A stretch of DNA of 44,370 nucleotides from a virus (lineage: Duplodnaviria; Caudoviricetes), in IMG/VR virus record IMGVR_UViG_3300044667_000030, positions 1 through 44,370 of that record; one strand, written 5' to 3'. Below are positions 1 to 8,246 of the stretch, piece after piece; the first letter of the stretch is position 1; every line of letters begins with the position of its first letter. Both the position numbers and the translations under genes were made by a program. Below the pieces are notes generated by a model. The model did not search any database. It was not told the origin of the DNA and worked only from the letters and a program-made list of their open reading frames with translations.

Positions 1-162
1 ACGTCCATGATTTTTCGCCCTGAACCTTTCCACTCTGTCATATTCTTCTCTCCGGTATCTTCCCCAGTTTCATCATTTCCTTGGCATGCTGTCGGCAATA
101 ACCCTCTTGGACGATTGAGCGTCTTGAACATTGGCGCTTAGAGAGCAGTCTCTTGCCAGGAG
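1..162. repeat. Terminal direct repeat, copy 1 (circular assembly overlap)
   Basis: 1-162 matches 44208-44370 except T8 vs C44215 and one extra G near 44244. Confidence 0.95.
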
Positions 163-199
163 TTTTCTCGTAGATTTTGGCGATACATCTGCTTCGCAT
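38..199 (-). CDS. Hypothetical protein (53 aa, Cys/His-containing)
   Basis: ATG at 199 within ORF 38..388; stop overlaps next ATG (ATGA) across the circular junction. Confidence 0.55.
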   Translation of the reverse strand: MRSRCIAKIYEKTPGKRLLSKRQCSRRSIVQEGYCRQHAKEMMKLGKIPERRI

Positions 200-206
200 T
201 GTGCAG

Positions 207-398
207 TTACCTCGGCTCAGTGGTGCGGCCGGCGTCGGTGACGTACATCTTCCCGCGCCACATATAGCCGACGACCTCGTAATCGGCGTCGGCGCCAACG
301 ATGCGTTCGCCGAACAGCTTTGCCGCCCACAGCTTCCAACGCGGCGCGTGCAGCGTGCGGATCGCGCCTCCAAGGAAAACAGGATCAAAAGCTCGCAT
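207..398 (-). CDS. Hypothetical protein
   Basis: MRAFDPV... with GGAG upstream; fits leftward operon. Confidence 0.55.
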   Translation of the reverse strand: MRAFDPVFLGGAIRTLHAPRWKLWAAKLFGERIVGADADYEVVGYMWRGKMYVTDAGRTTEPR

Positions 399-411
399 CA
401 CAATCTCCACA

Positions 412-582
412 TCAGTTAGAAGTGGCTTCCGCTTCGTGTTTTTCGCGCCTTGTCCGCTTCACAATGTCCTCGGCGGCACAGCGAGCGCACTCGTGCTGAT
501 CGGCGTTCTTGGTACGCCAGCCGTCCGCGCAGATCTTGAGAGACATGGTGCCGCACTTGTCACAAGAAACGTAGGTGGTCAT
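412..582 (-). CDS. Small zinc-ribbon-like protein (56 aa; not in ORF track)
   Basis: Manual translation MTTYVSCDKCGTMSLKICADGWRTKNADQHECARCAAED...; CxxC...CxxC; GGAG upstream. Confidence 0.6.
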   Translation of the reverse strand: MTTYVSCDKCGTMSLKICADGWRTKNADQHECARCAAEDIVKRTRREKHEAEATSN

Positions 583-613
583 CGTGTTCGCTCCGTTTCC
601 AGACTAGGTATCT

Positions 614-814
614 CTACCCCGCGGCGCGAAGTTCGATCTTCACGACGCGATAGCCGTTAGCCTTTGCTGCTTCCCACCCGCCGTCATCGGGCCAATTTTC
701 TGCCACCCGCTTACGCACGTCCTTGGCCTGTGAACATACGGTCCACGGCAAGATGAAGTTCGGATCGCCGGAATACACAGCGGCGAAGGCGTATTGCTTC
801 CGAGGCTTTCTCAT
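614..814 (-). CDS. Hypothetical protein
   Basis: MRKPRKQY..., AAGGA upstream, operon packing. Confidence 0.55.
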   Translation of the reverse strand: MRKPRKQYAFAAVYSGDPNFILPWTVCSQAKDVRKRVAENWPDDGGWEAAKANGYRVVKIELRAAG

Positions 815-818
815 CGTT

Positions 819-1055
819 TCAGTCCTTCTCTTTGTGTGACGACTCACCGTCTGTGCTAACGAGCCGCAAGCCCTTGAGCGCGGCGCGGGCCTCGGTCAGC
901 GCATATTCTCGCCCCTCATGTGCGCTCCCGCATTCCTCCACCCACCCGACTAATTGGGCGAGGGCATCGCGCAGCGCAGCATTTTCCACCAAGGTTTCGC
1001 GCCAGTATTCCAGCGCCTTCATCATTACTTGGTCGCGTGAAGTTTGCTCTGTCAT
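819..1055 (-). CDS. Hypothetical coiled-coil protein
   Basis: MTEQTSRDQ... C-terminal part of ORF 819..1580; ATGA overlap with upstream gene. Confidence 0.6.
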   Translation of the reverse strand: MTEQTSRDQVMMKALEYWRETLVENAALRDALAQLVGWVEECGSAHEGREYALTEARAALKGLRLVSTDGESSHKEKD

Positions 1056-1303
1056 CGTCTCCGCGCTCCGATGCGCCCGACAGTGAAGTTCACGGTCACG
1101 CCGCCGATCTGCTGGCTGCGCTGGCTGATGATCTCGACGCCCTGCTGGCGCTGGTAGTCGCGCTGCGCTTCCGCACGATCCCAGGCACGATCTTTGTCGC
1201 CAGTCGGATTGCAGGCGAGACAGGCGAGGATCGGACCGTTGTTGTCGGTCTCGATAAAGCCAGGCTCGGGACCGCCCTTGCAGTGTTCGCAACCGAGCTT
1301 CAT
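1052..1303 (-). CDS. Hypothetical zinc-binding protein
   Basis: CEHC...CLAC; ATGA overlaps. Confidence 0.6.
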   Translation of the reverse strand: MKLGCEHCKGGPEPGFIETDNNGPILACLACNPTGDKDRAWDRAEAQRDYQRQQGVEIISQRSQQIGGVTVNFTVGRIGARRR

Positions 1304-1488
1304 TCGCTCGCTCCTTTGATATGTGCGCGCAGCGCATCGGCGCAGTCGGACAAGTGGTGATAGAGTTCAAAAAACCACATGTCGTTTCGAGTTGGGCCGG
1401 CGTCGTAATATTTCTGAGCGCCGCACTTAAACTGATCGCAATAGCGCGCGAGCGTCTCGGGGTCGGTCTCTTTCTTTCCGCTAGCCAT
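1300..1488 (-). CDS. Hypothetical protein
   Basis: 62-aa ORF overlapping next gene by 4 nt. Confidence 0.55.
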   Translation of the reverse strand: MASGKKETDPETLARYCDQFKCGAQKYYDAGPTRNDMWFFELYHHLSDCADALRAHIKGASE

Positions 1489-1658
1489 GTTCTGATCCTA
1501 AGATGTGATGTTTCCGCGCGCCGCCCGCGTCCGGGCATTCCGATATAGAGGCCCTCTGGCCTCGCACTTATGACCGCCAAGTCGTCCGGGTCCGGCGTGG
1601 CCGGATGGCCTTTCTTCCTGCTGCGTAGTGCGCGGGGTGTTGCTCATAGAATGTCCGC

Positions 1659-1859
1659 CTACTTTGTCTTCGCCATTGCGCGCTCAACTGCCGCAGTGGC
1701 TTGTTCATTCCCCTGGCGGAGCGAGCCGATCAGCAAGCGATGCTTGCGCAGCTCGGCATTGGCCGCCCCGAGCGCTCCGCGCAAATTGAAATTCTCCCGG
1801 CGCACTGCCTCGTGGTTGCTCTTGAGCATCAGCGGCCACCAGTCGAAATTCAGGCGCAT
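1659..1859 (-). CDS. Hypothetical protein
   Basis: 66-aa ORF with GGAG upstream. Confidence 0.55.
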   Translation of the reverse strand: MRLNFDWWPLMLKSNHEAVRRENFNLRGALGAANAELRKHRLLIGSLRQGNEQATAAVERAMAKTK

Positions 1860-1897
1860 CGTTCAATCTCCGTCTAACCTATTTCCATCTCTATCCG

Positions 1898-2287
1898 TCA
1901 CTTCTTCGCTTCCGGCTCGATTTGCTTCTTGATCCACTGCTGCAGTGCCTTGGTGGCGTCGGAAGCCATCTCTTGAACGGCTTCGCTCTTGGCGATCTTC
2001 TCGCCGACTTCAGAAGCGGCAATCGCGTACATCGTGTTCTTGCTTGGGAACAGGCAGGACAGGAAGCCGGAGGCGATGCATAGGATTGCCAGCCGCCACA
2101 GCCACAGCCCGCGTGCCTCTCGGACCTTGTTTTCTTCCTCGCGGGTGCGGGCATCAATGATCACAAAAGACGCCCACATGACTGCAACGCCCATCCCCAC
2201 CCCGGACGCGGCGGCGACGGCGAAGGTCGCGGCATTGAGTGACCCGACCACATCGGTAGCGTAGAGGAACCACGAAAGAGAGTTCAT
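1898..2287 (-). CDS. Membrane protein (2-3 TM)
   Basis: MNSLSWFLY...; hydrophobic segments; ATGA overlap with methyltransferase stop. Confidence 0.65.
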   Translation of the reverse strand: MNSLSWFLYATDVVGSLNAATFAVAAASGVGMGVAVMWASFVIIDARTREEENKVREARGLWLWRLAILCIASGFLSCLFPSKNTMYAIAASEVGEKIAKSEAVQEMASDATKALQQWIKKQIEPEAKK

Positions 2288-2988
2288 TTCGTTTCTCCGT
2301 TCGATAAAGAGACCGCATCTTCGAAATCGAAAAGCCTGAATTGGCGTGCTTCGGCCTCGATCCGGCGACATGCGGTGTCAAAGTACGTTTGATCAATTTC
2401 GATGCCGATGAATTGCCGGCCCATCTTGACGGCGGCGACTCCGGTTGGCCCCGACCCCATGAAGGGATCGAGGATGATTCCGTCTGCACCGATTTGCTCG
2501 ATGCACCAGCTCATAAGCGCGACAGGCTTTTGCGTGGGGTGCCAGTGTTCTCTTACTTCCGTCTGCCGGCGGAACCCAGACCAAAGGATCGATTTAGACC
2601 GCACGCCGCCGCCAGCGATTGACGTCCACGCCAATTCGCAATCGGAGTAGTCTGATGTTTCTGGCACACCCTTGAACCAAGCTAGCCAGGTGTTGTGAGA
2701 CGGCAACCGAGAGCAGTAATGGTTGGCACCCCACAGCACGATCTTTTTAAACTCAAGCCATGGCGATGGATCGAAGTCCGAGTCGTCGCCTATCAAGCCA
2801 TTCCAATTCTTTCCCCAGACGTTGCCGTCTTTCTGCTTTGGCTTTGTTGACCGATTACCAACACGGAAATTCATACCATACGGCGGGTCAGTAACGACTG
2901 CGCCGACCGTTGGCAGCTTTGGCAATATCTCCCGACAATCACCGAGATAAAGCGTCACGCCTTCTGCTATGGTCTCAATTCTGCTCAA
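2284..2988 (-). CDS. DNA N4-cytosine/N6-adenine methyltransferase (beta class), orphan
   Basis: LYLGDC, TDPPY, HPTQKP, LDPFMGSG, FIGIEID motifs. Confidence 0.92.
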   Translation of the reverse strand: MSRIETIAEGVTLYLGDCREILPKLPTVGAVVTDPPYGMNFRVGNRSTKPKQKDGNVWGKNWNGLIGDDSDFDPSPWLEFKKIVLWGANHYCSRLPSHNTWLAWFKGVPETSDYSDCELAWTSIAGGGVRSKSILWSGFRRQTEVREHWHPTQKPVALMSWCIEQIGADGIILDPFMGSGPTGVAAVKMGRQFIGIEIDQTYFDTACRRIEAEARQFRLFDFEDAVSLSNGETK

Positions 2989-3028
2989 TATCGTCGTGCC
3001 TTAGTTGAGAGAACTTGCGTTGCTGCAG

Positions 3029-3250
3029 TTAGGCGGTCTTCATCGCGATGGAGGTGATCGGCGCCTGCCAAACGGCGGGGTTTGATCTGACCCCCGCCAC
3101 GATGGCTTTCGCGAGAGTGTGAGCGGCATCGAAGTCGTCGGCGCGAACAACAAATTCCTTCTCACGCCAGCCGCAGGCTGCCTGATCTTTGTCGGCGCCG
3201 TTGCCGCTTGAGTGCGGCCAAGCCTCGATTTTGATTTGCCAGTCGGCCAT
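3029..3250 (-). CDS. Hypothetical protein
   Basis: 73-aa ORF with AGGAG upstream. Confidence 0.6.
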   Translation of the reverse strand: MADWQIKIEAWPHSSGNGADKDQAACGWREKEFVVRADDFDAAHTLAKAIVAGVRSNPAVWQAPITSIAMKTA

Positions 3251-3288
3251 CTCAATCTCTCCTGTAATCGTTGAGCGAGGGGGAGGGG

Positions 3289-3633
3289 CTATCGGTAGTG
3301 CGTCAGGACGATTTCCTGCAGCACGATCGGATGCTGCGGGAATAGCGCCGCGAGTTTTCCCTCGAGAGCCTTCTTCTCTTTGCGAGACAACAGCGGGAAC
3401 GCGACAGGCTCGGGGAGATGGCCGTACTCGTCCGACTTTGCGATCACCCAGCCGGCGATGATGTATTCGCCGTTCATGCCATCCTTCAGGATGCAGACGC
3501 CGTCATGGTGCTGGATGCCCTTGAAGGCGCTGTCCATATACGGCTCAAAACGCTCGTCCTCATCCTCACCGATTGCGTCGTATGGCAGTTTGACGCCGAT
3601 GATGCCGTAGGTGTTGGTTTGTGTGCTCATCAT
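3289..3633 (-). CDS. Hypothetical protein, paralog of 3668-4006
   Basis: Shared IG..LPY, DGMxGxYI and C-terminal THYR. Confidence 0.7.
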   Translation of the reverse strand: MMSTQTNTYGIIGVKLPYDAIGEDEDERFEPYMDSAFKGIQHHDGVCILKDGMNGEYIIAGWVIAKSDEYGHLPEPVAFPLLSRKEKKALEGKLAALFPQHPIVLQEIVLTHYR

Positions 3634-3667
3634 CTTCCCCTAGGTTTGAGATACGCCATGAGCGCGG

Positions 3668-4006
3668 TTAGCGATAATGCGTGAAGACCAATGTGGCGCA
3701 GCCTTTCGCTGGCAAATGATCCATCGCGCTCTGACCGATAGTTTCGAGAATTTTCAATCGCACCTCGTCTTCTTCCCAAGGCTGAGTATTAATCTCGATG
3801 GGGCTATCGAAACCTTCACCCTCTGGCGCGCATGCAAGCACCTTCCCGACTGCGATGTAGCGACCGCTCATGCCATCAGAGATTACGGTCAGCCCGTCCC
3901 GCGTGTTGTTGGGAGCATCCAAGAACGCCTCCAACCGGTCACTTCGGAAATTTTTGTACGGGAGAAGCGCGCCGATCATGACGTAATTTTCCATTTGAAC
4001 TGACAT
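3668..4006 (-). CDS. Hypothetical protein, paralog of 3289-3633
   Basis: Shared IG..LPY, DGMxGxYI and C-terminal THYR. Confidence 0.7.
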   Translation of the reverse strand: MSVQMENYVMIGALLPYKNFRSDRLEAFLDAPNNTRDGLTVISDGMSGRYIAVGKVLACAPEGEGFDSPIEINTQPWEEDEVRLKILETIGQSAMDHLPAKGCATLVFTHYR

Positions 4007-4057
4007 GCTCTTTTCCCTCTAAATCAACGTGTTAGAATCCAGAGACGTGCTATCGTA

Positions 4058-4133
4058 AGAAAGGGCGGGACGGCAGTGGCTAGTTGCCGTCCCTTTCTCC
4101 GCCTTGGGATTAGTGAGGCTTCGAGGCGGAGAA
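4058..4133 (+). ncRNA. Candidate structured non-coding RNA (two long hairpins)
   Basis: GGGACGGCAGT/GTTGCCGTCCC and TTCTCCGCCTTGGG/TTCGAGGCGGAGAA stems; wobble pairs are G-U only on the + strand. Confidence 0.35.
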
Positions 4134-4328
4134 TTGGATTGAGAACTACGTTGCAAACCACGAACGAGAGTAGCCATCAGTCTTTCCTCAACTAGGTTCG
4201 TCAGGCTTCCCATGCGCCGGGCCATGTCCCTGGAACCATCCACTCACAGCGCGACGGCCAATCAAACCGTCCGTAATTGACGCCCCACGACTTCCGCTCC
4301 ATCGGCCCAGTCCACCAGACCCAAGCAT

Positions 4329-4658
4329 TCATCGCAGCACTACGCTCCCGTCGATCCGCTTCTTGAACCTGCTGTCACGCGAGCAACTGAATCTCGATTT
4401 CTTGCGGATGCCTGCTTCTCTTGCGCGGATGCGATTTGTCTTAGCAATGCGCGGAGCATCGGCCCGTGTCTTTTCCAGGTGGCATGGGCTGCACAGAACG
4501 CGACAGTTTCCAACAACAGGTTCGCCGCCGAGTCCGTCAGCAATAATATGATCGTATTCGACGCGCTTGCCGTCGAGCTTGATGCCGCAGCATTCGCAAC
4601 GGCCTTGCGCGCGGACCCAGGCTTCGAGTTTCGTTTTGCGGGAAAATTCCTTGCGCAT
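4329..4658 (-). CDS. HNH endonuclease
   Basis: CECCG...EYDHII...GG...NCRVLCSPCHLEKT. Confidence 0.92.
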   Translation of the reverse strand: MRKEFSRKTKLEAWVRAQGRCECCGIKLDGKRVEYDHIIADGLGGEPVVGNCRVLCSPCHLEKTRADAPRIAKTNRIRAREAGIRKKSRFSCSRDSRFKKRIDGSVVLR

Positions 4659-4659
4659 G

Positions 4660-4977
4660 TCACAGCTTCATCTCAGCTCGTTTGTTGGCCTCAGCGGACT
4701 GCCACTCATTGAACTTCATCCGTATCCATTCCAGCTTTACCTTGGCCTCGGAGGCATCCGAGCGGGCCTGCACCATTTCATTGATGTAGTCCTGCCACTC
4801 CTTCGAAGCCTTCACGTTCGTCTCTGCGCGGTTCACTGGCAGATCGCCTTGCGCGGCAATGAGGCGCGCAAGAACCGCGGACTTGCTTTCTTCTCTCAGG
4901 TTCGCGGCGGCGTCTTTCTGACACCAATCCTTGGCCGCGAGCCGAAACTGCTCAGAAAGTGGCGTGTTCGCTACCAC
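4660..4977 (-). CDS. Helical recombination-module protein (UvsY-like mediator, tentative)
   Basis: All-helical 105 aa ending WQSAEANKRAEMKL, located in the Sak-SSB module. Confidence 0.45.
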   Translation of the reverse strand: MVANTPLSEQFRLAAKDWCQKDAAANLREESKSAVLARLIAAQGDLPVNRAETNVKASKEWQDYINEMVQARSDASEAKVKLEWIRMKFNEWQSAEANKRAEMKL

Positions 4978-5270
4978 GGGATTTCATCGTCCATCGCTTC
5001 ACGTTGAGAGGGACGCGCGCCACGCGGACGCTCCTGAACATCGCGCATGTCAGCCTTCGGCATCGTGCGCTTATTGGCTTCCTTCGGCTTGACCGTGAAG
5101 GAAAGGGCCGGGGCGTTGTCAGCCGCGCCCTCCTTGCGCTTCCAGGCGCTCACCCAATACTCGACGCCCTCGACGTTGAGTGATCCCGTGAAATCGGGGT
5201 CCTGCTTGCCTTCACGCTTTTTGTCGTTCTTCCAGATCGACCCGCGATTGCGGTTGTCAAAATTGCTCAC
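4971..5270 (-). CDS. ssb: Single-stranded DNA-binding protein-like
   Basis: PDFTGSL...YWVSAW beta core, acidic tail DDEIPW, adjacent to annealase. Confidence 0.72.
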   Translation of the reverse strand: MSNFDNRNRGSIWKNDKKREGKQDPDFTGSLNVEGVEYWVSAWKRKEGAADNAPALSFTVKPKEANKRTMPKADMRDVQERPRGARPSQREAMDDEIPW

Positions 5271-5947
5271 TCTGCAGCCTCCGAATGTGTGCCGACACGA
5301 TCCAGCACGGTTTCAAGGTGACGCCGCTGCGCAACTCGCAACATCGGCATCATGCTTTTGTATTTCTCGCGGAACTCGATCACATCGCTGGGCTGCGTAA
5401 CCGTGTCATTCACCACGGCGAGCAGCACGCGATAGGTCGCAACGTCCGTGGGGTTGCCCCAACCGGCCTTCTGCGCGGCCTTGTCGTGGACCTCGTTCAG
5501 CTTGTCCCGCTCGGTCTTGACGATGCGGAATGACTTGCCGATGGGCTCGATCGCAACCCACGGCGAATCCAGGTCGTAAAGATACCGAGCAATGCCGAAC
5601 CGGACGCTGGCGCGCTTGAACGCATCGGAGGCCATACCCTTTTCGCCTTCGACATCAGTCGCGCCAGCGCCGTCCGACTTCCACACCCAGCCTGCGCCGG
5701 GCATATTTACCCCGATATTGCAGATCAGCATGTTGGCCGCAGGCGTGTAGTTACACTGCCAGCCGTCAGGACCGCAGACCGTATCGAAGCGATCCATGGC
5801 CGTGCGGGCGTCGATGTAGGCCAGCGCAAGCCCCTTGGTCTTGTCGCTATTCGTGGAGCCCACGCGCCAGTCGATCATCTCGGAAGGGAAGGGCGCCGAA
5901 AGCGCGTCGAACACTTCCTGTGCGGTCTGATAGTCCATGTTACACAC
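5267..5947 (-). CDS. sak: Sak/Rad52-family single-strand annealing protein
   Basis: LAYIDAR..MDRFD..CG..GW and EKG.ASDAFKRA...FGI.RYLY motifs. Confidence 0.9.
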   Translation of the reverse strand: MCNMDYQTAQEVFDALSAPFPSEMIDWRVGSTNSDKTKGLALAYIDARTAMDRFDTVCGPDGWQCNYTPAANMLICNIGVNMPGAGWVWKSDGAGATDVEGEKGMASDAFKRASVRFGIARYLYDLDSPWVAIEPIGKSFRIVKTERDKLNEVHDKAAQKAGWGNPTDVATYRVLLAVVNDTVTQPSDVIEFREKYKSMMPMLRVAQRRHLETVLDRVGTHSEAAE

Positions 5948-6155
5948 GCTCCAATGTACGCAGATCGACTACATGCGCCGTGGATGACGAGCGCAGCTTT
6001 TGAACGAGTAGGGCGAGCTTGTCGGCGGCATCTTCAATCAGATGCGCGTTCTCAATAAGCGTCGTGTGTCCGATGGGGTGGGCGTAGTCCATCAGCAAGT
6101 CGTCAAGGACTACGTTGAGCGTGTGAATGTCATGCTCGCTTTGGGCGTCGGTCAT
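5940..6155 (-). CDS. Hypothetical protein
   Basis: 71-aa ORF overlapping neighbours. Confidence 0.6.
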   Translation of the reverse strand: MTDAQSEHDIHTLNVVLDDLLMDYAHPIGHTTLIENAHLIEDAADKLALLVQKLRSSSTAHVVDLRTLERV

Positions 6156-6523
6156 TGGTTGCCCTCCGCTTTGGCGATGGCGGCGGCAATCACGTCTTCG
6201 GCTCGCTTGCCGTCCGCGGCTTCAAAATCGCAACCGCCGTGCCACGCCATTGCTTCCTGCGCGTGCTTGAGGGCGGCAAGCAGGTCCGGTGCCGCTGCGA
6301 TCAGGCGCGCGTTGGCGGAAACGACTTCATCCGGGATCGTGTCGGGAAGCCAGTTCCCGCCAGCGACAATCGCGACAAGATCGCCATTCGGCTGCACGAC
6401 ATCAGCATCGCTGCACATGCCTACGGTGATCCGACCGATGGCCCAAGGCCCCGGCGTATGGGCAGCAGTTGAGGAACGGCCTGTCTGTTGCTCTTGCACG
6501 GGATCATCAACGTGGTTCTTCAT
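6152..6523 (-). CDS. Hypothetical phage protein (HTPGPW...ANARLIAAAPDL family)
   Basis: Recurrent phage early-gene motif; paralog at 43399-43776. Confidence 0.7.
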   Translation of the reverse strand: MKNHVDDPVQEQQTGRSSTAAHTPGPWAIGRITVGMCSDADVVQPNGDLVAIVAGGNWLPDTIPDEVVSANARLIAAAPDLLAALKHAQEAMAWHGGCDFEAADGKRAEDVIAAAIAKAEGNQ

Positions 6524-6663
6524 CACATCACTCCCGATAAAACGGCGGCAATAGAGAGAACGACACCGATAAAGAAACAGATGAAAGCCAAGGCAGCGAG
6601 TTCATGCAGAACCTCTCCAATGGCCTCTGCCAGATCGAATTGATGGCGGGTGTGATCGAGCAT
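6523..6663 (-). CDS. Small membrane protein (46 aa; not in ORF track)
   Basis: MLDHTRHQ...LAALAFICFFIGVVLSIAAVLSGVM; TGATG overlaps on both sides. Confidence 0.6.
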   Translation of the reverse strand: MLDHTRHQFDLAEAIGEVLHELAALAFICFFIGVVLSIAAVLSGVM

Positions 6664-6815
6664 CACGCATCACTCCGCATCGCCAGAAGAAAGACGCCGA
6701 GGTTGAAGACCGCGAGCCCATACAGAAAGCCATCGAGGACTGGCGTCGGGTGACCGGTGGGAATCAAGGCGGCGATCAGCGAAAGAGCCGCCGCAAGAAG
6801 CGGAAGGATTGCCAT
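6663..6815 (-). CDS. Small 2-TM membrane protein (50 aa; not in ORF track)
   Basis: MAILPLLAAALSLIAALIP...FLYGLAVFNLGVFLLAM; TGATG overlaps. Confidence 0.6.
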   Translation of the reverse strand: MAILPLLAAALSLIAALIPTGHPTPVLDGFLYGLAVFNLGVFLLAMRSDA

Positions 6816-7168
6816 CACGCCATCTCCCTAAGAGCAGAGGCAACGCGGTCCTCGATCTTGTCGGACCACATGGAATCGTTCTCCAGCCGGTCGTAGATTG
6901 CGAGAAAGATTTGCCGCTCAAGCTCGGTTACCAGCGACGGGTCACCTTCGATTTCCTTCGGCTTGTTCTGTTCGCCATGAAGGAAGATGCGACCGATGAA
7001 GAACTCGGGGTCGTCGTTCACGCCGTCAGCATGGACGGCAATTTCCGCTGTGCCGTTGGCGTACAGGCCCGGAATGATTTCGAGATCGTAGAAGTCGAAA
7101 TCGAACTGGACCTCTGCCGAAGAAAAATGATTTTTCCGGCTGGCGTATTCGGTGATGAGGGCGGGCAT
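6815..7168 (-). CDS. Hypothetical acidic protein
   Basis: 117 aa, TAATG coupling with upstream gene. Confidence 0.65.
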   Translation of the reverse strand: MPALITEYASRKNHFSSAEVQFDFDFYDLEIIPGLYANGTAEIAVHADGVNDDPEFFIGRIFLHGEQNKPKEIEGDPSLVTELERQIFLAIYDRLENDSMWSDKIEDRVASALREMA

Positions 7169-7518
7169 TACGCGGCCTCCGCCCGACCGAGGCGATCAAT
7201 CGTCCCGTCAATGTGGTGGACGTAAACCTTGTCGTGCCATCTAAAATCCCATTCTTGATTGATTTCGGGCTCGTCGGCCCCGCTCTCGTCCCGCCATTGT
7301 GAAGACCAGCGGTCGCCGCAGCATTCGCAGTCCGCTCCAGAGTCGCAGCCGTTGAAATAGATGCCGATGCTTTCTGCGCGTGCGTTTGCGTCGGCAGCAG
7401 ACTGGGCTTCGACCCAGACGTTGACGCCAAGGCCGCGCGCATCGTCGATGACGAAAGAACCACCGCTGTTGTTCTGGTGGAACCGGAAGTACTTCGTTTT
7501 GATTTCGCGAACGGGCAT
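7168..7518 (-). CDS. Hypothetical protein, first gene of leftward early operon
   Basis: FHQNNSGGSF...DCECCGDRW; GGAG-6nt-ATG favours start 7518 over 7530. Confidence 0.7.
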   Translation of the reverse strand: MPVREIKTKYFRFHQNNSGGSFVIDDARGLGVNVWVEAQSAADANARAESIGIYFNGCDSGADCECCGDRWSSQWRDESGADEPEINQEWDFRWHDKVYVHHIDGTIDRLGRAEAA

Positions 7519-7547
7519 TGTCTGCTCCATCTCGATTTGATGGAGCG

Positions 7548-7611
7548 AATGTAACCGAAACGGTCACAACATGCAATAGGGTAGGAAGGAAAAAGTAGCC
7601 GGAACGGTCAC
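7548..7611 (-). promoter_or_regulatory. PL-like promoter with two 17-bp operators (7551-7567, 7595-7611)
   Basis: - strand TTGCAT-N17-TACATT; operators GTAACCGAAACGGTCAC and GTAGCCGGAACGGTCAC. Confidence 0.8.
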
Positions 7612-7671
7612 AAATTAAATAGGCGAATTATCCTAATAGGTTACAGGCGATTTTGATTCTCGGAGGGGTAC

Positions 7672-7917
7672 TTACAGATATGGATCGGTATCAGGCAGCC
7701 GCCGTTCGACATCCTCAAGGCGCCAGAGGATCGCGTCCAGCTTATCCATGATGGTGGCGGTCGCGTAATTAAACGCGAGAACGGCAATCACAACATAGAG
7801 CCAGACGGGCAGAATGCCTTTTTCATCGGAAAACGCGTAATAGACGCCTGCAGCAGCAATCCAGCCCAAGACCGTCAAAGGCACCTTCCACCAGCGGCGC
7901 TTTTGCTTGGCGGCCAT
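7672..7917 (-). CDS. 2-TM membrane protein co-transcribed with repressor
   Basis: MAAKQKRRWWKVPLTVLGWIAAAGVYY...VWLYVVIAVLAF; TGATG coupling to repressor stop. Confidence 0.7.
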   Translation of the reverse strand: MAAKQKRRWWKVPLTVLGWIAAAGVYYAFSDEKGILPVWLYVVIAVLAFNYATATIMDKLDAILWRLEDVERRLPDTDPYL

Positions 7918-8246
7918 CAGCCGGCCTTTCCTACAAGCCTTCGGACGATGTCCACGGCCATATCGCGGACGTTGCCTGGCTGGTCCTCGACCATGGCGTC
8001 GAGGGACGGCAGGTCCGGCGTGGCCGGCGGTCGCCACAAGGCCTCTGGTTCAAGCTGTAGAGCCGCTGCATAAGCCGCCTGCTTGTCGGGGGTACATCGG
8101 GTCCGCCATTCCCGCTCAAGCCTGTAAACGCTCTCACGGGCAATGCCGAGCCGCCCGGCCATCACCTCAGCTGAGATGCCTTTGGCCTCCCGATGCTCTT
8201 TCAGGAACAGCCGCGGCTTTGCGTGCTGGCGGATTCTTGTAACCAT
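7917..8246 (-). CDS. CI-like XRE-family repressor (short, no S24 peptidase domain)
   Basis: HTH LKEHREAKGISAEVMAGRLGIARESVYRLE; divergent from Cro-like gene; start 8246. Confidence 0.85.
   Translation of the reverse strand: MVTRIRQHAKPRLFLKEHREAKGISAEVMAGRLGIARESVYRLEREWRTRCTPDKQAAYAAALQLEPEALWRPPATPDLPSLDAMVEDQPGNVRDMAVDIVRRLVGKAG

Noticed and set aside
2440-2470. Methyltransferase motif reads GSGPTG rather than the usual GSGTTG
   Set aside because: Single substitution outside the core FxGxG; cannot call inactivation and may be a sequence error
7628-7644. Possible third left operator TTATCCTAATAGGTTAC
   Set aside because: Only one half-site matches the consensus
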